Positions 10,103 to 19,751 of a stretch of 64,000 nucleotides of DNA are shown here, one piece after another. A model generated the notes under the pieces. It was not told the DNA's origin. It saw only the letters and a program-made list of their open reading frames with translations, and did not search any database. The stretch covers positions 340,469-404,468 of the forward strand of contig CAWAOJ010000002.1 in assembly GCA_963783725.1 (NCBI GenBank), read 5' to 3'. Both the position numbers and the translations under genes were made by a program. Positions within the stretch are counted from its first letter, which is position 1, and the number at the start of each line of letters is the position of its first letter. Origin of the DNA: an uncultured Chloroflexia bacterium (GTDB lineage Bacteria; Chloroflexota; Limnocylindria; QHBO01).

Positions 10103-12051
10103 GGCGCTTCGGCGCATTCCTGGCGCTGGCCGTGGTCGTGGCCGGTTCGGCGTCGCGCGCTGCTCAGCCGGTCCGAGCGGCCGAGCCCTACACCATGGCC
10201 ACCGCCGCGACGTACGACGTGCAGGCCGAGAAGCGGACGATCGCGGTCAGGATCGACGTGACCTTCACCAACCTGACGCCGAATCCCTCGGGGGCGATAT
10301 CCGTCTTCGAGAAGGTGCCGCTGGCAGTCCACGACGGCGCGGCGTCGGCGACGGCACGCGACGCGAAGGGACCGTTGAAGGTGGCGCTCGCGCGCCAGGG
10401 AGACGTGAACGTCGCGACGGTCACGCTGCGGACCGCGGTGGGCTACAAACGCCAGGCGCGCTTCACGCTCAGCTATCAGCTGCCCGACGGCAGGGATCCC
10501 AGCGTGCACGTCCGGCCGTCGGTCGCGATCTTCCCCGTCTGGAGCTTCGGGACCAGCAGCCGGGTCTCCGTCGCCATTCCCGCGAGCTTCGAGGTGCGGG
10601 CCGATGGAGACGCGCTCACGGCGACGCGCGACGGGACCAACAGCGTCCTGAGCAGCGGACCCATCCCGGATCCGGCGCACTGGCTGGCGATCGTGTCCGC
10701 GCAGCGCGAGACGGCCACCACCACCGCGACGCAGACGGTCGCCCTCGATGGAGGGACCGTCGACGTCCAGGTGCGGTCATGGGTCGGCGACGAGGCGTGG
10801 GGAAGGTCGACCCTGGCGCTGGTGGTGAGGGCGCTGCCGGCACTGGAGCGCGAGATCGGGATGCCCTACGACCGCGCCGGCCCGCTGGTGGTGAGTGAGG
10901 CGGTCTCGCAGGGCGAGCCCGCCGGGCCGCTGTCGGAGATGGACGCCGGCGCGCAGGACGTTCAGGTCGGCTTCGACCAGCCGCCGTTCACGGTCATCCA
11001 CCAGGCGGCGCACCTGTGGTTCGGCGTCGACCGCGTCTCGGAGCGCTGGCTGCGCGAGGGACTGGCATCGCACTTCGGCGCGGCGGTCGCACGGGAGCAG
11101 AAGGTCGCGGCGCCGTACGATCCGATCGCGCGCACGAAGGCGCTCCACAAGGACGCCTTTCCGCTGCAGGAATGGAAGGCGGGCGACAGCGACGCTCGTA
11201 CCGCCTACGGCTATGCGGCCTCGTGGAGCTTCGTCGATCGGCTGGCGGCGCAGGTCGGGAATCAGACGCTGCGCGCCGCGCTGAAGCGGGCATCGGCCGG
11301 CGTGAGCGCCTACGACCCGGCGCCTGCCGAGGCGCCTGCTCCGACACCATCGGCGGCCGCGCCGCCGCTCGACGCGCGATCCCTGCTCGATCAGCTGGAG
11401 ACGCTCAGCGGACAGGATCTCGCGGCGGACTTCCGGGACGTGGTGTTCGACGCGCCGACCGTGGCCCAGCTCTCCGCCCGCCGCGCCGCGCGGACGGCCT
11501 ACGCGGAGCTGCTGACCCAGGCGCGCGACTGGGGCGCGCCGCGGCGCGTCGTGGCAGCGCTGGCGGAGTGGCGCTTCGACGAGGCGGCTCCGGAGATGAC
11601 CGCCGCTCGCAGCTGGCTGGCGAGCCGGGACGAGCTGGTGCAGCAGATCGACGCCGCCGGCCTCTCCACGCCCGAGCGGCTGCGCGACGCGTACCTGGCC
11701 GACGGCGGCGGGTCCGCGGCGCGCTCGGAGCTGGAAGCGGAGCGGGTGGTGGTGACCGACTACGCCGCCGCCCTCGGCCGCTCGACCGCCTCGCGCTCCC
11801 TGTTCCAGCGCGTCGGCCTGCTCGGGGGGCCCGATCCGGATGCGCTGCTCGCCTCGGCGCACAGCCTCTTCGCCGATGGCGAGCTGCGCGGCGCCGCCGA
11901 CGCCGCCTCGCAGGCGACCGCGCGTCTGGACGGCGCCGAGAGCGCGGGCATCCTGCGCCTCGCCAGCGCGGTCGTGCTGGTCGTCTTCGCGCTGGCAGCC
12001 GTGCTATGGCTTGCCCGGCGGCGTCGTACACTGCCCGAACATGGCGTCTGA
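10099..12051 (+). CDS. Secreted protein with signal peptide and C-terminal hydrophobic anchor + RRRR tail; function unknown
   Basis: N-terminus MRRFGAFLALAVVVAGSASRAAQP is a signal peptide. 650 aa. C-terminus ILRLASAVVLVVFALAAVLWLARRRR. Start overlaps the upstream stop (ATGA). Confidence 0.6.
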   Translation: MRRFGAFLALAVVVAGSASRAAQPVRAAEPYTMATAATYDVQAEKRTIAVRIDVTFTNLTPNPSGAISVFEKVPLAVHDGAASATARDAKGPLKVALARQGDVNVATVTLRTAVGYKRQARFTLSYQLPDGRDPSVHVRPSVAIFPVWSFGTSSRVSVAIPASFEVRADGDALTATRDGTNSVLSSGPIPDPAHWLAIVSAQRETATTTATQTVALDGGTVDVQVRSWVGDEAWGRSTLALVVRALPALEREIGMPYDRAGPLVVSEAVSQGEPAGPLSEMDAGAQDVQVGFDQPPFTVIHQAAHLWFGVDRVSERWLREGLASHFGAAVAREQKVAAPYDPIARTKALHKDAFPLQEWKAGDSDARTAYGYAASWSFVDRLAAQVGNQTLRAALKRASAGVSAYDPAPAEAPAPTPSAAAPPLDARSLLDQLETLSGQDLAADFRDVVFDAPTVAQLSARRAARTAYAELLTQARDWGAPRRVVAALAEWRFDEAAPEMTAARSWLASRDELVQQIDAAGLSTPERLRDAYLADGGGSAARSELEAERVVVTDYAAALGRSTASRSLFQRVGLLGGPDPDALLASAHSLFADGELRGAADAASQATARLDGAESAGILRLASAVVLVVFALAAVLWLARRRRTLPEHGV

Positions 12052-13096
12052 CGACCGTCCGGCCGCGCCGAAGCCCGAACGACCCCGCTTCCAGCCCGCA
12101 GCCGACGTGCTGTCGGGCGACACCGCCGACGTCTATTTCGATCGCACCGCGGCGATCCTGACCGCGGAGCGACTCAACCCCACCGTGACGATGGAGATCT
12201 TCGCGCGCGCGGAGGCGGTGCTGTGCGGCGCCGAGGAGGCGCTCGCCTACCTGCGCGAGATCCTGGGCAACGGGAAGCGTTTCGACCCGGAGCCGGTGGT
12301 CGAGTCGTTGCACGACGGCGACCGTATCGCGCGTAAGGAGGTCGTGATGCGGATCCGCGCCCCGTACCTCTCGTTCGGGTTGTACGAGACGGCCATCCTC
12401 GGCATCCTCGCCCAGTGCACCGGCTGGGCGACCGCAGCGCGCGCGATCGTCGACGTGGCTGCGCCGATCCCCGTCATCGGCTTCGGCGCACGGCACGTGC
12501 ACCCCAGCGTCGCGGATCAGATGGACTACGCCAGCGTGGTGGGAGGCTGCATCGGCGCCTCCACGCCGGCCGGGGCACGGCTGGCCGGGCTGAGTCCGAC
12601 GGGCACCATGCCGCACGCCCTGATCCTCATCTTCGGCGACACGGTTCGCGCGGTCGAGGCATTCGACCGGCACGTCGATCCCGATGTGCCGCGCGTCGCC
12701 CTGGTGGACACCTTCAAGGACGAGGCGGAGGAGTCGGTGCGCGTTGCCGACGCCCTCGGCGAGCGGCTGTGGGGCGTCCGACTCGACACGCCTGCCGAGC
12801 GCGGCCGGGTCACGGCGGACCTGGTGAAGGAGGTCCGCGCCCGGCTCGATCTGGCGGGACACCCGCACGTCAAGATCGTCGTCTCGGGCGGGCTCGACGC
12901 GGAGAGGATCGCGTACTTCAAGGACGCCGGCGCGCCCGTGGATTCGTTCGCGGTCGGCTCCGCCATCTCCGATGCGAGCCCCATCGATTTCACCGGCGAC
13001 CTCAAGGAGATCGATGGCCGGCCCATCGCCAAGCGCGGTCGGATCCCGGGCATCACCGCCAACCCACGCCTCGAGCGCATCGACCTCCACGCCTGA
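12041..13096 (+). CDS. Nicotinate phosphoribosyltransferase family protein (archaeal/short type)
   Basis: Domain pattern of the NAPRTase/QAPRTase family: GTMPHALI, VALVDTF, GVRLDTP, VSGGLD. ATG at 12041 overlaps the upstream gene by 11 nt. Confidence 0.8.
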   Translation: MASDDRPAAPKPERPRFQPAADVLSGDTADVYFDRTAAILTAERLNPTVTMEIFARAEAVLCGAEEALAYLREILGNGKRFDPEPVVESLHDGDRIARKEVVMRIRAPYLSFGLYETAILGILAQCTGWATAARAIVDVAAPIPVIGFGARHVHPSVADQMDYASVVGGCIGASTPAGARLAGLSPTGTMPHALILIFGDTVRAVEAFDRHVDPDVPRVALVDTFKDEAEESVRVADALGERLWGVRLDTPAERGRVTADLVKEVRARLDLAGHPHVKIVVSGGLDAERIAYFKDAGAPVDSFAVGSAISDASPIDFTGDLKEIDGRPIAKRGRIPGITANPRLERIDLHA

Positions 13097-13133
13097 CGCG
13101 GCCGGCACGCGTCTGGCATAGACTCCGGGCGCG

Positions 13134-13511
13134 ATGCAGGAACAGACCAACGAGCGCGAATCCGCCTACGAGCTGTTTCGTCGCGGTTCGCGCCTGCTCG
13201 ACGAGCGCCATCCGGGTGCTGCGGCGGTGGTGCTCGAGCGCGCCTCGCGGCTGGAGCCCGGAAAGGCGTCGATCCTCGAGGCGCTCGGCCGCGCGTACTA
13301 CAACCAGGGCAAGCCGGCACTGGCCGCCGAGCGGTTTCGGCAGATCATCGATCGGGACCCTCTGGCGCACTACAGCCACTTCGGTCTGGGCCTTGCCTAT
13401 CGCCGGCTGGGCGAGACCGATGCGGCCCGTCGCCACCTGAAGCTGGCCGTCGCGCTCAGGCCGGAGAACGACGACTATCGTCGCGCGCTGGGGAGGGTCG
13501 AGGCGGCCTAG
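13134..13511 (+). CDS. TPR-repeat protein
   Basis: 125 aa with three TPR-like units (ALGRAYYNQGKPALAAERF..., HFGLGLAYRRLGETDAARRHL...). Confidence 0.7.
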   Translation: MQEQTNERESAYELFRRGSRLLDERHPGAAAVVLERASRLEPGKASILEALGRAYYNQGKPALAAERFRQIIDRDPLAHYSHFGLGLAYRRLGETDAARRHLKLAVALRPENDDYRRALGRVEAA

Positions 13512-14617
13512 GCCGCGCCCCGGGCCAGCTTCTCCTCGCGCACCAGCCGCTGGCGCAACAGGGCCAGCACGGCCGCCTCCTCGGGCTGCAGTCGCGACAG
13601 CGACGCGCTCAGCTCCTCGTCGGCGGCGCGACGCATGGCGCGCAGCAGATCGCCGTCGAGATACGCGTCGATCACGGCGGGGTGGACGTACGAGCGGCGG
13701 CACACCGCGGGGGTGTTGCCGAGCTTTTCGGCGACGCGCTCGATGGCGCGCACGATGTTCTTGTTGGCCTGCGCGTCGGTATCGACCTGCTCGAACTCCT
13801 GCAGGGCGTGGGCGGCCAGCACCGTGCCGGACCACGTCCGGAAGTCCTTGGCGCTGAAGTCGTCCCCCGAGATCTCGCGCAGATAGGCGTTGACGTCTCC
13901 GGAGTCGACGCTCTGCCGCCTGCCGTCGTCGTCGAGGTACTGGAAGAGCTCGCGTCCCGGCAGGTCCTGCGAGCGCGCCACCACCCGCGCCAGCCGTCGA
14001 TCGGTGACCGGGATCTCGTGTTCCTTGCCGGACTTTCCGCGGAAGTGGAACACGATCCGGTTGGAGCCGACCTCGGCGTGCTGGTCGCGCAGCGTCGTCA
14101 GCCCGTAGGAGCGGTTCGTTCGCGCGTACTCCTCGTTGCCGACCCGGATCCGGGTCTTCTCGAGCAGGCGCAGGATGGCGGCAAGCACCTTCTCCCTCGG
14201 CAGACCCGGGCGGCGCAGGTCCTCGTCGACGCGCTCGCGGATCTTGGGCAGCGCCTGCCCGAAGGCGATCATGCGCCCGTACTTCACCTCGTCGCGCACC
14301 TCGCGCCAGCGCGGATGATAGCGGTACACCTTGCGCCCGCGTGCGTCGCGACCGGTCGCCTGGATGTGGCCGCGCCGATCGGGGCAGATCCACACATCCT
14401 TCCATGCCGGCGGGATGGCGAGGCGGCGAAACCAGGCAAGACGCTGCTGATCGGTGATGCGTTCTCCGTCGGGGCCGATGTAGCTGAACCCCTTTCCGGC
14501 CCGTCGCCGATGCACGCCGGGAGTCGAATCGGAGACGTAGCGAAGGCCCGCCTCCTCGGCAGAGGCGATCGCGTCGAGCTGTTCCATCGGCCTCGCCCAT
14601 CGCACGAGCGATGCCAT
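13508..14617 (-). CDS. Type IB DNA topoisomerase (bacterial/poxvirus-like TopIB)
   Basis: RKVYRYHPRW, GLTTLRDQH, FHFRGKSGKEHE and TPAVCRRSYVHP (the catalytic Tyr region) match the TopIB fold. Start is ATG at 14617 (MASLVRW); the upstream 198 codons of the track ORF are Arg/Gly-rich non-coding-like sequence. Confidence 0.8.
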   Translation of the reverse strand: MASLVRWARPMEQLDAIASAEEAGLRYVSDSTPGVHRRRAGKGFSYIGPDGERITDQQRLAWFRRLAIPPAWKDVWICPDRRGHIQATGRDARGRKVYRYHPRWREVRDEVKYGRMIAFGQALPKIRERVDEDLRRPGLPREKVLAAILRLLEKTRIRVGNEEYARTNRSYGLTTLRDQHAEVGSNRIVFHFRGKSGKEHEIPVTDRRLARVVARSQDLPGRELFQYLDDDGRRQSVDSGDVNAYLREISGDDFSAKDFRTWSGTVLAAHALQEFEQVDTDAQANKNIVRAIERVAEKLGNTPAVCRRSYVHPAVIDAYLDGDLLRAMRRAADEELSASLSRLQPEEAAVLALLRQRLVREEKLARGAA

Positions 14618-14619
14618 GC

Positions 14620-15138
14620 TCAGAGGCGGTGCACCACCCGCACGACCGGTCGCCTGCGACGGACGCCGGTGGTGTGGTCGCGCGGGACGACGCTGATCGT
14701 CCCGTCGGCCTCGAGCACCGCCAGCTCGACCTGCGAGACATCGGCCACCCCGTGCTCGCGCAGCGCCATCTCGCAGTCGGCGACGTCCAGGTCCTCCGCC
14801 TCCAGTGCCGCGGCGATCCACTCCCCGTCGCGGGCGAGGGTGCGCGGTGCGGACTCGAGCAGGTTCCTGACCATCGGGACCCGCTTGCGCGCCACCGCGA
14901 CGGCGCGGTTGACGAGGACCAGCGTGGCGATGATCACCAGACCGCCGAAGAGGCTCGTGTCGGGACCGGTCATCGCCGGCTGCACGGCATTCGCGATGAG
15001 GAGGATCAGCACCAGGTCGAACAGCGTGAACTGGCCCACCTCGCGCTTGCCGAAGACGCGCAGCACCACGACCATCGCCACGTAGATCAGGGTCGAGCGC
15101 AGGACCAGCTCCCAGGGCGCGAGTTCGAAGCCCCACAT
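14620..15138 (-). CDS. DUF421 (YetF-like) membrane protein
   Basis: Two N-terminal TM helices plus a conserved C-terminal domain (FTLFDLVLILLIANAVQ...). Start MWGFELAPW at 15138. Confidence 0.7.
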   Translation of the reverse strand: MWGFELAPWELVLRSTLIYVAMVVVLRVFGKREVGQFTLFDLVLILLIANAVQPAMTGPDTSLFGGLVIIATLVLVNRAVAVARKRVPMVRNLLESAPRTLARDGEWIAAALEAEDLDVADCEMALREHGVADVSQVELAVLEADGTISVVPRDHTTGVRRRRPVVRVVHRL

Positions 15139-15674
15139 CAGTCGAGCCGCCGCAGCCGGCGGGCCAGCCACAGGATGCCGGCGATCGACTTGGCGTCCAC
15201 GACTTGCCCATCGTCGATCGCGGCCAGGGCCTCGTCGAGCGTCATCCAGCTCCGCTCGATCTGCTCGTCGTCGGCGGCATGCGCATCGTCCACCGCACTG
15301 AGGCCGGTGGCGAGGTAAAGCCACAGGCGCTCGGTCGAGAAGCCCGGCGCGGTGAAGAAGCTCGGCCCGGCGACCCAGTCCGCCGCCTCCACGTTCATCT
15401 CCTCGGCCAGCTCGCGGCGGGCCGTCGCGGACGGCGCCTCGTCGGCGTCGCGCGTACCCGCCGGGATCTCCAGCAGGTCGCCGCCCGCAGCACCGCGCCA
15501 CTGGCGCACCATCGCCAGGCGATCCCCGTCAAAGGCCAGGATGGCGACCGCGCCGGGATGCTCGACCACCTCGCGCGCGGTGCGGCGGCCGTCGTCCAGC
15601 TCGACCTCGTCGACCCGCAGCCGCAGCAGCCGGCCGTTGAAGGCCCGATGCGACGAAAGGACTCGCTCGCTCAC
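15138..15674 (-). CDS. NUDIX hydrolase (ADP-ribose pyrophosphatase-like)
   Basis: Nudix box GTRDADEAPSATARRELAEEMNVEA (GX5EX7REUXEEXGU). GTG start at 15674 chosen to leave a divergent promoter gap to the ABC gene; ATG at 15740 is the alternative. Confidence 0.8.
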   Translation of the reverse strand: MSERVLSSHRAFNGRLLRLRVDEVELDDGRRTAREVVEHPGAVAILAFDGDRLAMVRQWRGAAGGDLLEIPAGTRDADEAPSATARRELAEEMNVEAADWVAGPSFFTAPGFSTERLWLYLATGLSAVDDAHAADDEQIERSWMTLDEALAAIDDGQVVDAKSIAGILWLARRLRRLD

Positions 15675-15756
15675 CGCGCGATCGTAGCGCCTGGCGCTCG
15701 GCCCGCATCGGTCGGGAGCGCCTGCTACCCTGCGAACCAATCATGGTTGACGTGCG

Positions 15757-16676
<920 letters not shown>

Positions 16677-16677
<1 letters not shown>

Positions 16678-17468
16678 TGCGCCCGGGCTACGTCGCGGCC
16701 GTCTTCGGCAAGGAATGGCGCGACCTGATCAGCAATCGCCTGCTGCTGGGCGCGGTCTGGCTTCCGGCGCTCGTGTTTGCGGCCATACCGACCGGGCTGG
16801 TCGCCTTCATCCAGTCGCACGACCTCGATCCGAACCAGCTCAGCCAGATCAACCAGTACATCGCCAACTTCCCCGATCTCCCGGCGAAGCTGGCGGCGCA
16901 GGGCTTCATCGTCACCAACTTCATGGCTTACTTCCTCCTCATCCCGGCCATGGTGCCGATGGCGATCGCCACCCAGTCCGTCATCGGCGAGAAGGTGGCG
17001 CGCTCGCTGGAGCCGCAGCTGGCCACGCCGATGCGGGTCTCGGAGCTGCTCGCCGGCAAGACGCTCGCCGCCGCGCTGCCGGCGGTGACGGCCACCTGGG
17101 GCGTCTTCGTCATGTACGGCCTGGTCAACGGCGCCATCGCGGATCCACGCCTGACGCGGCTCGTCTTCAGCGAGGTGTGGCTGGTGGCGATGCTCACCCT
17201 CGTCCCGCTGATCTGCCTGTTCAGCGTGCTGCTGGGCATCGTCGTCAGCTCGCGCGTCAACGACCCCCGCACCGCGCAGCAGATCGGCGGCTTCGTGGTC
17301 ATCCCGATCATCGCCGTCGCGGTCGCGCAGTTCTTCGGCGGTCAGGCGACGTTCGACATGACCCAGGTGCTCATGGGCGACCTGCTGGTGGCAGGGCTCA
17401 TCGGCCTGGTGCTGGTGATCGGAGCCTGGGCCTTCGACCGCGAACAGATCCTGACTCGCCTCGGGTGA
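16677..17468 (+). CDS. ABC-2 type transporter permease
   Basis: Six predicted TM helices; start overlaps the ATPase stop (TGATG). Confidence 0.8.
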
Positions 17469-17486
17469 GGCGTCGGCAGCGCGCGG

Positions 17487-17717
17487 TCAGCCGGTGAAGA
17501 TGCGCGCCGCCTCGCCGTCCGGCTCGTCGTCCTCGCGCTCGACCTCGTCCGCGGTCGTTCCCTCGTGCTCCGCCTCGACCTCCGCCTCGTACGACGGCGC
17601 GTCGCCTTCGCCGGTGTAGCGGTTCTCGCTTCCGCCCGCGGCAGGGTCGGCGACGGTCGCGCCGTCCTGCCGCTGCTCCTCGGTCACGTGTCGCCGGTCA
17701 GGATCCTGGGTTGCCAT
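17487..17717 (-). CDS. Small acidic protein (76 aa), unknown function
   Basis: AGGAGG sits 6 nt upstream of the ATG. Codon third positions are strongly G/C-biased, as expected for a real gene in this genome. The sequence is very acidic (D+E about 30%) and ends RIFTG. Confidence 0.55.
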   Translation of the reverse strand: MATQDPDRRHVTEEQRQDGATVADPAAGGSENRYTGEGDAPSYEAEVEAEHEGTTADEVEREDDEPDGEAARIFTG

Positions 17718-17768
17718 GTGCCACCTCCTGCCAGCCGACGGAGCAGACGCCGGGCCAGCGTGCCTGGA

Positions 17769-18674
17769 TCAGCCCTTGACCGACCCTCCCACGATGCCGC
17801 GCACGAAGTAGCGCTGCAGGCTGAAGAAGACCACCAGCGGCAGTGCCATGCTGATGAAGGCCGCCGCTCCCAGGAACTGCCAGCCTCCGCCGAGCGAGTT
17901 CACCAGGTTCGCGATGGCGACGGTCAGCGGCAGGTTCTGCGAGTTCGAGGCGCCGAGGTAGATCAACGCCACCAGCAGGTCGTTCCAGACGAACAGGAAC
18001 TGGAAGATGGCGAGGGCCGCGATGGCGGGAACGCTCATCGGCAGCGCAAGCCGGAAGAACGCCGTCACCGGGCTGGCCCCGTCGATCGCCGCGGACTCGA
18101 ACACCTCGCGCGGCAGCGAGCCCATGAAGTTGCGCAGCAGGTAGATCGCGAACGGCAGTCCGTAACCGGTGTGCGCCAGCCAGACGGCCAGGAACTGGCC
18201 GTTGATCCCGAAGTCGGCGAACACCCGCAGAATCGGGATGAAGGTGGTCTGCAGCGGCACCACCAGCAGCCCGACGATGGCGACGAACAGGATGTTGCGA
18301 CCCGGGAAGTTCATCCAGCTGAAGGCATACGCCGCGAAAGCCGCCACGAAGATCGGGATGATGGTGGCCGGGATCGAGATGAACAGGCTGTTCACGAACG
18401 CGTCGCCGATGCCGCTCTGGCTGATGACGTGGACGTAGTTGTCGAACGACAGATCGTACGGCGGCAGAAGCCCGTTCCACCATCCGCTGCTCGCGACGGC
18501 CTGCGCCGGCCGGAACGAGTTGACGAAGAGGCCGATGGTCGGGACCAGCCAGACCACCATCAACACGATCAGCGCAAGGTGGACGCCCCAGCCGGTCCCC
18601 GACGGCTTGAGCCGGCTCGTCTTCGAGCCGCCCTCGAGCTTGCCCTCGATCGGAACGGGAGCGACGGCGGTCAT
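17769..18674 (-). CDS. Carbohydrate ABC transporter permease (MalG/UgpE-like)
   Basis: EAA-loop region AAIDGASPVTAFFRLALP; six TM helices. Start MTAVAPV at 18674 overlaps the upstream permease stop. Confidence 0.9.
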   Translation of the reverse strand: MTAVAPVPIEGKLEGGSKTSRLKPSGTGWGVHLALIVLMVVWLVPTIGLFVNSFRPAQAVASSGWWNGLLPPYDLSFDNYVHVISQSGIGDAFVNSLFISIPATIIPIFVAAFAAYAFSWMNFPGRNILFVAIVGLLVVPLQTTFIPILRVFADFGINGQFLAVWLAHTGYGLPFAIYLLRNFMGSLPREVFESAAIDGASPVTAFFRLALPMSVPAIAALAIFQFLFVWNDLLVALIYLGASNSQNLPLTVAIANLVNSLGGGWQFLGAAAFISMALPLVVFFSLQRYFVRGIVGGSVKG

Positions 18675-19666
18675 CGGACTGCCTCCTGTGCGCGGAAGCG
18701 GTTGACGTTGAAGGCCATCACCGGGATGACGGCGAGCAGCAGCACCACCGCGATCGCGCTGGCGCGCCCGAAGTCGAAGGTGCCGCTGAACATCTGCTTG
18801 TACATCAGGTTCGCGATCACCTCGGTGTCGAAGTTGCCGTTGGTGGTGGCGTAGACGATGTCGAACGCCTTCAGCGCCGTGATGACGATGGTGGTCGACA
18901 CCACCGCGATCGTGGGCAACAGGAGGGGGAAGATGATGCCGCGGAACACCTGCCACTCGGTGGCGCCGTCGACGCGCGCCGCCTCGAGCAGCTCGGTGTT
19001 GATGCCCTTCAGCGCCGCCGAGATGATGACCATGGCGAAGCCGGTCCACATCCAGGTCATGATGATGATCAGCGCGAAGGTGGTCAGGCTGAAGTCAGAG
19101 GTCTGCATCCACGGCACGGGCCCGAGTCCGACCCCGCCGATGACGCCGTTGATGGTGCCGATCTGCGGCTGCCCCGGTGGCTGGTAGTCATACATGAACT
19201 TCCAGATCACCGCCGCGGCCACCATGCTGATGGCGAGCGGCACGAAGATCACCGATTTGGCAGCGGACTCGTACTTCACCTTGTCGACCAGGATGGCGAT
19301 GAGCATGCCGAGCCCGACGGTGAGCAGGGTCAGGAAGACGAGCCACAGCACGTTGTTCTTCAGCGCGGAGAGCGATCGGTCGTCCTGGAAGAACCACGCG
19401 TAGTTGGCGAACCCGACGAACTTGGTGTTCGTCCCCAGGATGGTGCCCTTGCTCTGGAAGCTGCGGATGATGGTGCCGATGGTCGGGTAGACGAGGAACA
19501 CGGCGAGGAAGGCAAGCGCCGGCGCGAGCCAGAGCCACGGTCTGATTCGCGGCTTGAGCCGCTCGGGGATGAGCCGCAGCACCTGCTCGGTCCCCCAGAT
19601 GTAGCCGACGAGCACGGCCGGGACGCCGACGACCACGATGATCGCGGTCGTGAGCCGGGGATCCAT
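18671..19666 (-). CDS. Carbohydrate ABC transporter permease (MalF/UgpA-like)
   Basis: EAA motif LEAARVDGATEWQVFRGIIFPLL. GGAGGAAG SD upstream. Confidence 0.9.
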   Translation of the reverse strand: MDPRLTTAIIVVVGVPAVLVGYIWGTEQVLRLIPERLKPRIRPWLWLAPALAFLAVFLVYPTIGTIIRSFQSKGTILGTNTKFVGFANYAWFFQDDRSLSALKNNVLWLVFLTLLTVGLGMLIAILVDKVKYESAAKSVIFVPLAISMVAAAVIWKFMYDYQPPGQPQIGTINGVIGGVGLGPVPWMQTSDFSLTTFALIIIMTWMWTGFAMVIISAALKGINTELLEAARVDGATEWQVFRGIIFPLLLPTIAVVSTTIVITALKAFDIVYATTNGNFDTEVIANLMYKQMFSGTFDFGRASAIAVVLLLAVIPVMAFNVNRFRAQEAVR

Positions 19667-19751
19667 CGCGCTTCCTCCGTCCTCCGGATGGACAGAGGAG
19701 GGCCGCCGTGGTGGCGGCCCTCCTCAGACTGCGAGTTACATGCGCGAGCGG

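Noticed and set aside
11000-11020. HQAAHLWFG in the 650-aa secreted protein as a possible zinc-metalloprotease HExxH motif
   Set aside because: The motif is HQxxH, not HExxH, and no downstream third ligand or Met-turn was recognisable.
10777-15085. Large alternative-frame ORFs over the secreted-protein, NAPRTase and TopIB genes (10777-11862 minus, 11016-12161 plus, 11405-13150 minus, 13053-14741 minus, 13682-15085 plus)
   Set aside because: Overlap strongly supported genes. Products are Arg/Pro/Gly-rich without domains.
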